The notes beneath the pieces were generated by a model. It was given only the letters and a program-made list of their open reading frames with translations. It ran no database searches and was not told where the DNA came from. Both the position numbers and the translations under genes were made by a program. Source: Octopus sinensis (lineage: Eukaryota). From it: a stretch of DNA of 64,000 bases. Below, piece by piece: positions 1-13,570 of the stretch; within the stretch, counting starts at the first letter, position 1, and each line of letters opens with the position of its first letter. The stretch spans positions 52,452,001-52,516,000 of the forward strand of contig NC_043009.1 of assembly GCF_006345805.1 (NCBI RefSeq). The letters run 5' to 3'.

Positions 1-295
1 TTATATCCGCATCCAGTTCTATTTAGCATATCAGATAGAGGTGACAGTGCCAAGCAGAAAAGGAGTGGAGAGAGCGTGTCTCCCTGGAATATTCCTTTTC
101 TAATGGGGATGTCTTTGGTTTTCATGAGTCCCTCTTTTGTTTGGAGGTGTAGGACTGTTTTGCCATTTATTCATAGAATGCTCTATGAATTTTATGATTG
201 TTGGTGCTACTTTGTTAATGGCTAGTGTTTCGAGGATCCATGTGTGGGGGATGCTATCAAACGCCTTTTTAGTCAATCCAGGCCATACTGAGGCC
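1..295 (-). mobile_element. R4/Dong-like (RLE-type) non-LTR retrotransposon, reverse transcriptase fragment, 5'-truncated into a (TAA)n tract
   Basis: Minus-strand translation with 2 frameshifts: GLSMAWID/KKAFDSIPHTWILETL...W/TVLHLQTKEGLMKTKDIPIRKGIFQGDTLSPLLFCLALSPLSDML. These RT motifs are typical of the R4/Dong clade. The fragment abuts (TTA)n at 296. Confidence 0.85.
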
Positions 296-326
<31 letters not shown>

Positions 327-367
327 GTTATTATTATTATTATTATTTCTTGTTATTACTATTATTA

Positions 368-412
<45 letters not shown>

Positions 413-463
413 CATCATCATCATCGTCGTCGTCGTTGTTGTTGTAGTTGTTGTTGTTGTTGT
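296..463. repeat. compound trinucleotide microsatellite (TTA)n-(TCA)n-(TCG)n-(TTG)n
   Basis: Directly visible. Confidence 0.95.
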
Positions 464-464
464 T

Positions 465-657
465 AAGGTGGCGAGCTGGCAGAATGGTTACTGCGCGTCA
501 TTTCGTCAGTCTTTACGTTTTTAATTCGAATTTTCACCGGGGTCGACTTTTCCTTTCATCCTTTCGGGTTCGATAAAATAAGTACCAGTTATATCCGATA
601 CTGCACGTACTATTCCTTCCTCTGGAATTGCTGGCCTTGTACCAAAATTTGAAACCA
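465..657 (+). mobile_element. SINE family A (Deu/Nin-like central domain)
   Basis: ggtggcgagctggcagaa...gtcgacttttcctttcatcctttcgggttcgataaaataagtaccag; many copies in the window. Confidence 0.8.
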
Positions 658-885
658 ATATTATCATAGATATAATAACATTTCTAAATCTCTCAGAGAG
701 ATTCATGCAGTAGCAGAACGATAAAGTGATAGTATGTTGTCAGCTTCATGTGACAGTCCCATGAAAAGGAAGAATGCTACTGCTATTTAGCCCTAGGGAA
801 CACCGTTTCTTATTGGACTATTCGTCTGATAAGGGTACACCAGGCATATGCATCACAACCATATGTGCGCAACATGGTGATCTCA

Positions 886-1078
<193 letters not shown>

Positions 1079-1245
1079 AAGGCAGTGATATGGTTGAATC
1101 GCTAGCACTTTGCGGTATTTCTGTGGCTTTACGTTCTGAATTCAAATTCTGCTGGGATGGACATTGCATTCCATCGTATATTTGAGTCGATAAAATAAAG
1201 TACCAGTTGAGCACTGGGGTAATCTAATCGACTACTCCCCCACCT
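1079..1245 (+). mobile_element. SINE family A, degenerate
   Basis: ttacgttctgaattcaaattc...gtcgataaaataaagtaccagttgagcactgggg. Confidence 0.7.
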
Positions 1246-1930
1246 GCCAATATACTTAAAATTTCATATTTGTGTCTATTGAAGAAAGGATTTACTATTC
1301 TGGATATTATGAAGGCTTCGAGCTGTTCGAGCTGCAAAATTGCTAACGAGCTTGGATGTCTATGCCTGAAAAAAAAAACAAAATATATTTTTTTTTAAAT
1401 GCCCCAATCAGATCAAAGCACCTCATAATTCTGCTCCGCCATCTTCCTCTCTTACTGCCATCCCTCTGCGTCTCCCTCTCTCCCATTCTCTGTCTCTCTA
1501 TCTTTCTCCCCCTCTCTCTCTCTCCCTCCCTTCTTCCTGCGTATTTGTTCTAGTCTCATTTTATAGACAATCGCTCGTTCAAATTATTTACTTTACGCTC
1601 TTCCTACCATGCATCAAATGTTTTTATTGATATATCGTGTTTGGCATGCTCCACCTATTTCTAATTCATACTTTCATCATTTTACACTGCATTTACCTCG
1701 AAATGGTCGTCGAGATCCTTTATGCTTTCTTTTAAATCTTCATTTATGTTTATGTATGTGTGAAGAATTGTAGACTTGTAATGTTGAAGGACAAGGGTAT
1801 ATCTCGAACTGTTTACTCACCTGCTCTTGGATTCTGTTTTTTATTCAATTCATTTTCATTTCTGTGTCATCTCCATCTGTCTATAGCAGTTCACTGCACG
1901 TACTTTTTTCCTTTTTCTTTTTCATTATAG

Positions 1931-1993
1931 CATCGGCAGCACGATTAGAAAGCTGCGTTTTCTGCAAACCGCATAAATTCACTAGTCATCCCG
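1931..1993 (+). CDS. candidate internal coding exon (63 nt, phase 1-1) of an unidentified host gene
   Basis: Long polypyrimidine tract + TAG acceptor, CCG|GTAGGT donor; only the phase-1 frame is open (SAARLESCVFCKPHKFTSHP). Confidence 0.4.
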
Positions 1994-2114
1994 GTAGGTA
2001 AACACTTACCTAAAGAACCGCTTAAGTAGCCGCGACCAAGAATTATGTGACTAACGAATCATTTTTTTAAACCACAATTTGTTTCGCTACAAGGGTTACG
2101 GATCATTTGTCTTT

Positions 2115-2595
2115 GCCTTGTTTCAATCATTAGACTGCAGCTATACTGAGCCACTGGCTTAACTGTTGTTAATTGAATAAATCGATCCCTGTGCACGTTT
2201 CTCTTTACGTCTAATACTTATTCTACTGGTCAAAGGTGAATAAGCATCGACAGCTAGCAAGCCAAGCTACTCCAGACTGAGGATGAGCAATGACTCTGAA
2301 ACTAGTCTGTGGGTGTTGGCTTTGCTAGGTGGAGGTGTTTATCTCCCCTGTTTCTAAACAGAAGGGCACAGAACACTTGTGTTCCAGGGCCAGCTGTGTA
2401 CGTGTGTTTGTGCTTGTGTGTGCGTGTCTCATTGACGTGTTTCTGCACAGGTCCTGCCTACGAAGTTCACTCTCAACTCACTGAACGGCTGGGAGATATA
2501 ATAGAAACAGGTGCACAAGATGCCGCGCAATGAAACTGAACCCGGAATCACGAGGCTGCACACGAGCATCTTAATCACGCGGCCATGCCTTCACC
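2115..2595 (-). mobile_element. SINE family B (tRNA head, CORE-like segment, internal microsatellite), degenerate, carrying an insert at about 2240-2400
   Basis: ttgtttcaatcattagactgcagc at the left end and actgaacccggaatcacg...cttaatcacgcggccatgcct at the right match the intact copy at 55373-55762. Confidence 0.65.
2254..2328 (+). ncRNA. type I hammerhead ribozyme motif, canonical core, extended stem I
   Basis: UCCAGA-CUGAGGA-U GAG caauga CUC U-GAAAC UA GUC-UGUGGG; stem III palindrome ACUAGU; outer arms CUAGCAAGCCAA / UUGGCUUUGCUAG. Confidence 0.7.
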
Positions 2596-2759
2596 TGTAT
2601 GAAAAATATAAAAGTCAATAACAATAACATATTGTCAAAGAAACGAATCTAATATCAGCAACAGTCAAAGGAAGAATTCTGAAGTAAACGATTGCCAATA
2701 GCTAAACCATAATACTTGATGAAACAACGATGACAACGACGACGTCGACAACAAAGCTA

Positions 2760-3270
2760 ATAATGATGATGATGATGATGATGATGACGATGGCGTTGAT
2801 GATGATGATGAAGGTGGTTGAAGAAAATGATGACGATGATGATGTTGATGACGACAACGACGACGACGACAGTGATGATGATAATGATGAAAATGATGAT
2901 GATGATGATGATGAAGATGATGATGATGATGATGATGATGTTGATGACGACTTTGAAGTTAAGGCGGACGACAACGACCATGATAATGAAAGTCGTGGTG
3001 GTGGTGGTGGTCCTGGTGATGGTGGCGGCGGTGGTGGTGGTGGTGGTGGTGCTGATGCTGGTGATGCTGGTGATGGTGGCGGCGGCGGTGGTGGTGGTGG
3101 TGGTGGTGGTGGTTTTGGTGGTGATGGTGGTGGTGGTGGTGGTGGTACTGGTGGTGGTGGTGGTGGTGATGGTGGTGATGGTGGGGTGGCGGCGGCGGAT
3201 GGTGGTGGTGGTGGTGGTTTTGGTTTTGGTGGTGATGGTGGTGGTGGTGGTGGAGATGATGAGGATAACT
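2760..3270. repeat. (GAT)n/(GGT)n compound microsatellite
   Basis: Directly visible; source of the poly-D/G/M/H ORFs. Confidence 0.95.
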
Positions 3271-3522
3271 ACAACCGTATGACAATTATGAGAAGGAACA
3301 TGAAATGCAAACAAGTTCCCCCTAAGGAAATATAATATTGTAGCCTGAGTGTCTGAGCATCAGATCCTGAAATATAGGTTTCCCGCCAGAATCTTATCAG
3401 AACAAATACAATCATAACTGGGATCTACACAATATTCAAAGTTATCAACGATAGCAACATTTAGTTTCGTACTCTGTGATTAACAGATTACTTCAACAAA
3501 CATATAACGGTTAATTATACAC

Positions 3523-3580
<58 letters not shown>

Positions 3581-3920
3581 CTCACTCTCTATTTATCAAT
3601 CTATTTACCTCTCATTCGCTCTACTTGTCACACTTACCTATTTCTCTCACGCAAACATTCGCTCTCTTTCCCCTCTCCTTCTCTCTTTCTTTTCTCTCTC
3701 TCTCTGTCTTTCTTTCTTTCACACGCACACACAAACAGGCACATTCACACACATACATACACACATATACACACAGGTGAAGGTGATCCCCTTCTATATT
3801 TCTTGCCTATAATTTTCAGTGATATCACTGAATCACTCAATATACGTGTATATTTCAGACCTTCATTCAGCTACTTGCCCCGCTCACCTAATGTTTAAGT
3901 ATACATACATATGTGTATAT

Positions 3921-3967
<47 letters not shown>

Positions 3968-4171
3968 TATATATATATAACGCGCACTCACCTAATGTTT
4001 AAGCATACATACATATGTGTATATATACATATACATATTATATATATATATATTATATATATACGCGCACACACATACATACGTATATATTTATGTATGT
4101 ATGTATACACGTATGGTTGTGTGTGTGTGTGTTGGTATGTGTGGTGTGTGTGTGTGGGTGTTGTTGTGTGG

Positions 4172-4203
<32 letters not shown>

Positions 4204-5149
4204 TGTATCAGAGTAAATAATAATCAAAAGATTTCCATTTTCTGATATGTGTGTGTGTATGAATTAAAGTTGAATTGAAATTAGGTGTTCAACTGTAAGC
4301 ATTATGTACTACTGAAGGAGCCTTGGTAAGAAATCTTTAAATGAATAAATCTTTAAATAAATCTTTAAATAAAGAAATCGCAATTGGTAAGAAATCTTTA
4401 AATAAACTGAATAATGACACACATACATACACTCATACGTACGTACATACATGTACTTCTTTCTTGATTCGTCAGCAACCATGAATTATACGACTCATTG
4501 CAAATGCAGAGTATTCTTTGATACATTATAATTGAAACTTTCCGATTTCCCGTACTCAGAGTATCTCATTCCCAATCACCAGCTGTTAAACCGGATCTGG
4601 TTTTCTTTTGAATATCCACTGTCTGAATATTTTTTTGAAGTATGAAATGAAAGCTTGAAGGAAGCGTTTATCAATATTTTCCTTCGTTTAAAATATTCTG
4701 TGAGTTAAAGAACTGAACGGTTAACGTTTTGTATGCATGCGACTAAGTAGCCTGTATCCAAATACAAGCCTTCGTGAACATCGTTCTGGTTCAGAAACAA
4801 ATGCCTGTTTCCGAAAAGTTTAATTAATAGGTTATATTATTGTGTTGTAATATGCGTGCTTGCGTGTGTATATGTGAATACATACGAACACATATGTATT
4901 CGTTTATTCTTTTATTCTTTTACTTGTTTTAGTCATTTGACTGCGGCCATGCTGGAGCACCGCCTTTAGTCTAACAAATCGACCTCAGGACTTATTCTTT
5001 GTAAGCCTAGTACTTATTTTATCAGTCCTTTTCCGAACTGCTAAGTTACGGGGGTGTAAACACAGTACAACGGTTGTCAAGCGATGTGGGGAGGGGGGAC
5101 AAGCACAGACACATATATACACACACATGCACATATATATATATTGATA

Positions 5150-5452
5150 TATCACGTATCACGTGACCGACCAGACCATCAGATGTTGTTACACATCGCT
5201 GGTCACAATGCATTCGCATTGTTTTAGCCTTTGAATGACGCCACCGCGCTGGCTAAGCGAGCAGGCCAACAGAAGAAAGAGTGGGAGAAAGAGTGTTGAA
5301 AGAGTACAGCAGAGATCACCACCCCCTGCCGGAGCGTCGTGGAGCTTTTAGGTGTTTTCGCTCAATAAACACTCACAACGCCCGGTCTGGGAATCGAAAC
5401 CGCGATCCTACGACGACGAGTCCGCTGCCCTAACCTCTGGGCCATTGCGCCT
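5150..5452 (-). mobile_element. SINE family C (tRNA-Arg-like head, OR-type), tail type 1
   Basis: Reverse complement has A-box-like TGGCCCAGAGG, TCG in the anticodon-like loop, B-box GGTTTCGATTCC; close match to 9046-9357. Confidence 0.85.
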
Positions 5453-5491
5453 GCATATATTCATATATATATTATATATATTATATATATA

Positions 5492-5585
<94 letters not shown>

Positions 5586-5586
5586 T

Positions 5587-5623
<37 letters not shown>

Positions 5624-5639
5624 TAGATATATATATATT

Positions 5640-5980
5640 AATTAGAGACAAAACCTCTATTATGCAAATCAAACAAAGAAAGACTTAATCCAATACATAA
5701 AAAAATTTATAGAAATTAAATAAAATTAAGTTATCCACTACAATTGTTTCTTGTCACTTCTAAGGACATTCATCAGGTGGTTTTCTATTCAATTTTAAAT
5801 TATGAAGTAAGTTTAAATGACTAACTGTTACAGCGTTTACGAAATTACGTTATCAACAGAAATAGAATATATTTTTAATAAAGTCTTTGCGCGTGATGAA
5901 CCAACGTTATTTTAAAGATTATGAATTGAATAATATGTTAATCATCGTAAATAGACTGAATTTACTAAAAAATTCTTTAA
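5640..5980 (-). mobile_element. Penelope-like terminal (pLTR) fragment in (TA)n
   Basis: Unique insert flanked by TA repeats, containing a hammerhead motif. Confidence 0.55.
5735..5780 (-). ncRNA. type I minimal hammerhead ribozyme motif
   Basis: CCAC-CUGAUGA-A UGUC cuuagaagu GACA A-GAAAC AAUU GUA-GUGG; stem III palindrome ACAAUUGU. Confidence 0.7.
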
Positions 5981-6052
5981 TAATATATATATACACATAT
6001 AACCGATCTTAGGTTGTTAGGGCTCATGGAAGAATTAGATTATATATATATA

Positions 6053-6107
<55 letters not shown>

Positions 6108-6384
6108 CGAAGGGCTTCTTTCAGTTTCCGTGTACCAGATCCACTCACAAGGCTTTGGTCGGCCCGAGGCTATCGTAAAAGAAACTTGCCCAAGGTGCCA
6201 CGCAGTGGGACTGAAACCGGAACCATGTGGGTGAGAAGCAAGCTTCCTAACACGTAGCCACGCTTGCTGTATATTATATGTGTGTTGTATGTATATATAT
6301 ATATATGCTTATATATATAATATGTATATATATATATATATGCGTATATATTATATGTATATATATATATATGCGTATATATAT

Positions 6385-6454
<70 letters not shown>

Positions 6455-7535
6455 TACATATATGTATATAAATATATGTGTATGTGTATATATATGTGTT
6501 TGTGGACGAATACATAATTCTGTGTATACTTGTTTCTGTGTGTACATGTATATATTCATGCATCTACACAGGCACATGCAAAATGAATGAACAGCTGCAT
6601 ACATACCTATTGTTTCTAAAAGATTAATTAAAAGCATTAATTAAATGTATTAATTAAAAGTATTACCTAAAAGTATCATTTTGGAATATTGCTTAAACAG
6701 CAAGGCAATTTCATGACTTTGATTGTTTTAGAATTTATGACGTTTATGATAATATTACCACGAGAACCAGGGATGACTTCAAAAGCATGAGCTTGAAGCA
6801 GCCGTTTCAACACGTGTCTTTCACAAAAGTTCTTAAACGAAGGGTGATAATGATAAGCGTTTCCTTCAAACTTTTATTTATTATTCTAGAAATTATTCAG
6901 TCAGTGGATATTCGAATATGAACCAGACTCGGTTTAGCAGCTGATGATTGGAGACCAGCAACTCTTGAGTACTAGATACCAGAGCCTGTCTGTTATTATA
7001 TCTAATATCCGGTTAAATACAGCGTCCTTGAATGGACATATTCACATAGATTTATATTTAACACATTCGAATACACTTGTCTGTGAGAAGACCTTTCTCC
7101 GTAGAAATAGTCTCGAGAGAAAATACTCTTTTTAAGCGACATGCATGAAAATATCATTTATTGTAATAACAAGGAAGATTTATTCACCATATTTTTCAAG
7201 TGTAACCGCGAGAATGACTTCACCACCTACGTTGTATGAAGTCTGACAAAAAGGACGCCGATTCTACAGTTGAAATTCGCGTATAAATTGGTAAATTGCA
7301 ATCTATAATTATGGTGGCGTTGAGATGGTTCTACATCTTACTTAGAGTAAGGAATACCCGTCTAGACAGGCCTGGAGAACTTACGTTTTAATCCACCTAG
7401 ACTAGATATATATTTTATTATTACACCTGCTACGCTAACTTAAATTGGAAAAGGAAGTTTTTGACAGATAAAAATTATTGCCTTTATAGATGAAATTTCT
7501 GTACATGTCGTCAAACATTCTAAGATGTCATGCAA

Positions 7536-7926
7536 TCTCAATATATATAAAGCTGAAGTTGTCTGTGTGTGGCAGGTTTGGTAGCCTTCAACTAACACTA
7601 TCTCCTCCGAGACCCTGCGGTGCAAGTTGAGCAAAATTACGAGTATGATAGAAGAAGGCTTGCTCTTTCTTCCGTAGAAGAAAAAATTCAAATCGGACCA
7701 TGTTAACACCAAAGATTATTTACATCAAAAATGTACTTTTTTCTATGAAAATCCTTATTTTTTATTATTTTTTGACAGCTGTGTCGCCATTTTTCGGTGT
7801 ATTTCAACTTGAAAAATGTTCACTTAAAGAGAATAACAAGCTACATAATGCAAAATTTTTACTTTTCAAAAATTCCAATTCTAAAGGGTTGAAACAAACC
7901 CAAGCAACGCCGGGCGATACTGCTAG
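7536..7926 (+). mobile_element. non-autonomous Helitron
   Basis: 5' TC, 3' hairpin CCCAAGCAACGCCGGG then CTAG, inserted between A and T; 3' end shared with the copies at 29153 and 29720. Confidence 0.7.
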
Positions 7927-8534
7927 TAAGAAATAAAATTAGACAAAATTGGCAGTTCATAACATCAATATTGTACTGTAATATGGATATATATTCACAG
8001 TCTTTTCTCAATATAATGGTTCCTCACGCTGATGGTTAGAAAGAGGAAGAGCACACTAGTCGTTATACGGAATTGTGGTAAGCCTTGGGTTATGGATGGT
8101 TAGCGTAACCAACAAGAGAATATTCAAACTGTGCATAACCACTTCACCTCCAGAAACATTTCGCCGAACTCTGATCTATAGGAAATTACCAAACAAATTA
8201 CCTTTTGACAAACTTTGTAAGAGAAATGGCGAATGTCAATGTGAATAAACTTTAAGAATGGCGAAGTCATATTCAGTACTTTATCTGCTGTATTCAATTG
8301 TCTGGTAACACATAGACGAACGGTCTTAGTGTGCAGAAAGAAGCCACAGAAAATTTTGAAAATATTCACTGCAATATTTACTGATGGAATTCACTCTTTA
8401 CAACGTAAAATTTTTTGAAACAATTAATGACAATACGAGGCCCAATTATAAATGTATTAAAACAATTTGCTACATGCTAAATTTTCTTAACATACACTTA
8501 CTCGGCAAATATTCATTGGGACTGTCAACTAGTA

Positions 8535-8985
8535 CGAGGAGCTGCTGAAAAGTTCATAGGCTGACCGATATATTCTCGTAGAATATGTTTCAGTGTTGCA
8601 GTGCTTAGATCCCGTTGGTGAAGAATCTTTCATCCTGTTGGTAAAAAAAATCCCAGCTGATATGACGTCATCATCACTGTGATACTGGTTCCCAGTCAAA
8701 TATTTTTCGTATTAGGGATGGGGTTAAATGAAGAGAATAGTGAGTGTTATCAAACACTTGAAAGCCTCAGTCACGCACAACGGCCATTGAAACCAAAGAC
8801 TTGTGTGCATTGTCATACTGAGCAAAAACTCTTTTGTCAGTTTTCCTGGGATTTTGGACTAGATGGTCTTTCGTAATTGCGTCCGTATGTTTGCCTAGCA
8901 CTCTCCATTGAAGGCGTGACACTTTTGAAAACAGTCAATAAATACAATACCTTTTGCATCCCAAAAACTTGAGGCCATCACTTTC
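8535..8985 (-). mobile_element. mariner transposase catalytic-domain remnant with right TIR
   Basis: Decayed FWDAKGIVFID...PGKL...DNAHKSLVSMAVVRD*GF...YSLHLTP (YSPDLAP equivalent); TIR ta|cgaggagctgctgaaaagttc, same type as MITE 15649. Confidence 0.8.
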
Positions 8986-9045
8986 TATGTCCTCGTATGT
9001 AAAATTTCTTCGTGTAAAGTAAAGCACCTACATACATTTGATAAT

Positions 9046-9357
9046 CACCGTTCACCGTTACCGACCATGCCATCAGATGTTGCTACACATCGCTGGTCAC
9101 AATGCGTTTCGCATTGTTTTAGCCCTTAAATGACGCCACCTCGCTGGCTAAGCGAGCAGGCCAACAGAAGAAGAAAGAGTGAGAGAAAATTGCGGTGAAA
9201 GAGTACAGCAGGGATTGCCACCACCCCCTGCCGGCGCCTTGTGAAGCTTTAGGTGTTTTCGCTCAATAAACACTCACAATGCCTAGTCTAGGAATCGAAA
9301 CCGTGATCCTATGACCGCGAGTCCGCTGCCCTAACCACTGGGCCATTACGCCTCCAC
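9046..9357 (-). mobile_element. SINE family C, tail type 1, full length with 12-bp TSD
   Basis: tRNA A/B boxes; ACATTTGATAAT at 9034-9045 and 9358-9369. Confidence 0.9.
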
Positions 9358-10348
9358 ACATTTGATAATTGGAATGTGCAAATGTGCTTTACGAGAACAC
9401 AGTTCGGATTATAACACCTTTTATCCTCTATATGTTTAACTATTTATCTTTGATGGCATCAAAGGGGCATGACATATACGACGCACCAGAGTTCAGCAGC
9501 GTATGTTCAAGAAAAACGTTTTAATGCATTAAAGGACCCAGGATGGTTTTGAGACACTTTGCCGGAGTGGAAATGTACGTATTATATGCTATCAAAAGCA
9601 GTAGTTTATAAAAATCAAGGTCTTCCAAAGTAACAGATCAACTTCTGTCACTTTCAGTCCCAAAATTAACTATTCCTTCCTTTCGTCGAAGTCATACGCT
9701 CATTAAACAATAAAATCAAAATTCAAAAAAGAATTTTGAACTTCTTCTTAGCTACCATCAGAAAATTGACCATAGTTCTGTCACGATTAAAGATGTTATT
9801 CACCAGACAGAATAATTGTTGCTACAGGCAAAATGAACGTTGTGACTTGAAACGATGAAAGAAAATTCAAACGCTTCGCCTCTCCTAACAAAAAGTTAAG
9901 TATATAAAGTGAGATATGCTTTTGTGATTAAAGAGGTTTGCTTCATAATAGATTTAGAAGGCGACACCGCTAGGTAATACCGTGACCAAATGTCTTCTAA
10001 TTAAGCCTTGTGTCAATTAAAACTATGAGAGTAAAATCTGGTAGAGAGAAACTGTTCGGAAACATATTATACTGAGCCAAAACTCAGTCAAATAAGTCTT
10101 CGAAAAGGACGCAAAAGATACGTTAGTTCTATATACATTTAAATATCGGTAGGTTCACGGTCGGTGGGTATTTCTCCGTAGGTCTGTTAGATCAGGCTAA
10201 GTAACAAAAGACGCTAAGCATTATTTTTGTTATTGTAGAGGAATGCCAATGCAAGCGACAATAAGAGAAATATTTTAGAAACTTCCTGAGAGCATATCGA
10301 GATGTAGCTATCGACATCTCACCATCTCAAACAAATCATATTAACAAC

Positions 10349-10394
<46 letters not shown>

Positions 10395-10644
10395 TAACAA
10401 CAACAAAAATCTACTAATAATAATAACAACAACAACAACAACAACAATACTAATAATAATTGGTTGTAGAAATAATTCCTAAAAGTATACGACTGGAAAA
10501 TGTCATCTTGAATGAATCCTGATTTTCTATTCTCTTACATTGGTCAACACACGTTTGAAAAAGATTAAATGAAAAGTTCCATGAAAATTGCCTACAGCTA
10601 AAGTGAAAATGTACACACACGAACGCCTCCTAAAGCACATGCTC

Positions 10645-10680
<36 letters not shown>

Positions 10681-11143
10681 CATATGATGATATTGGTTCA
10701 TGTGTGTGAGCGTGCGTGCGTGTGAGGAATATCATGTATTATGTGTTGGAAGCATTATATAAAAGCGATTGTAAGTATTTCACTAGTCAAGGTGCACACT
10801 CGTAAATATGTCAATATGAAGATATTCATGGGTTGACGAGCATATAACAGTATGCTGCCATGTTTTACCAAAACTTTTAAACTTGCTAACTTCTTTAGGA
10901 GTGCCACTTTCCTAGACATCTTATGTAAACTTTTATATCTAGTTTATACAATGTTACAATGTTTCACAGATGTTGCTCTGAGGTGCGAATTTTGCTTCCC
11001 GATCAAAGATCCCAAGTTCAGTTCCACTAAGCATCTTCGGCAAGCGTCTTCTCCTTCAGCTCCGGGCTGACAAAAGACTTGTGAGTAGTTGGTTTGATAG
11101 ATTGATAGACTGAAAGAAAGCTCATCGTGTGTATGTATATATA

Positions 11144-11210
<67 letters not shown>

Positions 11211-11217
11211 ATGTATA

Positions 11218-11252
<35 letters not shown>

Positions 11253-11268
11253 ATATTATATATATATA

Positions 11269-11593
<325 letters not shown>

Positions 11594-12049
11594 GCGTTTG
11601 TGCGTGAGTGTGTGGTGGTGTTAGGTTTGAGTTTGTCCCAACCACAGCTTGATAACTGGAGTATGCGTGTTTTTTTTCTCGTTATTGTAGCGGTTCGACA
11701 AATAGACGTCGACAGAGTAAGTATCATGCTTCAAATGAAATAAGCATTAGGTTATTTTGTTCGGCTAAACCAAGGAAGGTTGCAGTCATTAGACTGCAAC
11801 AAGTAAAAAGAAACACATAAGAGAATATACATTTAACGGGGTTAAGGGACCGCTGTTTAAAGCTATATCAGCAGAAACGGCGGATAACATTATCTATCGT
11901 GTCATTTTATGAAATTTTAGTGATTTGAGAGAGATTTGGTTGCCATTTCTAGCACTTCAGCTAAGCATTTAGATGTCCTCTTGTCAAAGGGCTGAATCAC
12001 TCAATCTCTGGAATGTTAGTGTCATAGTCTATTTTTTCGTTTAACTTTT

Positions 12050-12204
12050 CTATTAATTGTTTCAGTAACTTGTCTGCGATCATGCTGGGTTACTGCCTGG
12101 AATGAGATTAGCTGAACAAATCGATCCTATTAATGGCGGTATATATTCTTGCCATATTTTTTCCGAACTGTATAATTAGTTGTACGGTGGTAGTGGTGGG
12201 GCGA

Positions 12205-12242
<38 letters not shown>

Positions 12243-13351
12243 TATGTATATATAACTCTCTCTCGCAAGAATGCCCGGATATTCTTTAATTGTAAAAATA
12301 ATTCCCGAATATATAATTGTATAAAATGATTGCTAAACATTTAGAATGCTTAAAGTTTAACTACTAAAGCATTTCTTGATATCATGGCGTATTTTTTGGT
12401 CGTTCATTCGATTAGTTTGCATTTTGGTGTCCTGCAAGCAAACAATATACACACATATACACTATATATAAATACAAATATAGACAAATAAGTACATATG
12501 CGTGTGTGTGTGTGTGCACGCGCATTCATCTGTAGGTGTGTCGGTGTGTATGTATATATGTATATATTGGGTCATCCCATACATAATGCAGTTTTTTTCA
12601 ATTGCATGAACTAAAAGTCGGAGGGTTACGAGATAAATTACCTGCATCAACTTGCTATAAAAGCAGGTAGTAAATTATTTTACCTTTGCATTTATTCTTA
12701 GTGCAAGTTTTGAAGAGTGGAGTTCGATTTTAACAGTTGCTTTTTCTAAGCTATAATGGAAGAGACAAAGGAGCATATTCGAATTATTTTGCTTTATGAA
12801 TTCAATGAAAGCAACAACACAGCGGCAACAACACAACACAAATGAAGGCAACAACACAAGTGCGAGGAATATTAATGCAATAAATGGATCGGACAATAAC
12901 TGTAAGCCAGTGTCAGCGGTGGTTCCAGAGATTCCGATCAGGAAACTGCAGCCTAGAAGACGATCCTCGTCCTGGAATATCGGTAGAGCTGAGCTCGACG
13001 AGAACGTCCTGCAAATCCTGGTGGAGCAAAATCTTATTGTAGCTATTGAAGAACAAGCAGAGAAACTTGGATTTGGTCATTCTACCATTTATCAACACCT
13101 ACATGCCATCGGAAAAGTCAGCAAATTTGGTCAATGGGTTCCTCAAAAACTTTCCGAGTCTAATCGCGCGCAAAGAATGAATGTATGCTCTTCTTGCTGT
13201 CACATCTCACGAATTAACCTTATTTTTTAATCTTAATCTGTTTATCTTAATTTGGAAACTAAAAGAAGTATAAAAATCCACATTAATTATGGGATGACCC
13301 AATATATATACATACATACATACATATACGTACGCATGAATGTATACGTAC

Positions 13352-13406
<55 letters not shown>

Positions 13407-13570
13407 ATATATATATGACGGACATCCACCTGTCTTCTACCATATTTACTCACAAGGGATAGGTCGACCTGCGGCTAGAGTAGAGTACGCTTGCTCATTG
13501 TTCTGCTCAGTGAGACTGAGCCTGAAATCACATGATATCTTATTGATCGTTTTAGCCACAACCATTCGTG
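12050..13570 (-). mobile_element. old SINE family B split by an inverted copy of neighbouring DNA and a mariner
   Basis: Degenerate 3' half at 12050-12240 and 5' half at 13415-13570. Confidence 0.55.

Larger units (their letters stand above)
4903..6265 (-). mobile_element. SINE family B split by nested insertions in its internal microsatellite (3' half 4903-5110, 5' half 6106-6265)
   Basis: Both halves match 55373-55762; about 1 kb of SINE C, TA repeat and a PLE-type piece lie between them. Confidence 0.8.

Noticed and set aside
2730-3335. 201-aa Asp/Gly-rich ORF resembling a biomineral or structural protein
   Set aside because: Pure GAT/GGT repeat, open in several frames on both strands; same pattern at 39543
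6940-6990. CTGATGA as a hammerhead core (also near 18032 and 48943)
   Set aside because: No stem II followed by GAAA and no closing stems
9280-9357. tRNA-Arg(TCG)-like gene
   Set aside because: It is the head of a SINE with body, tail and TSD; no proper acceptor stem
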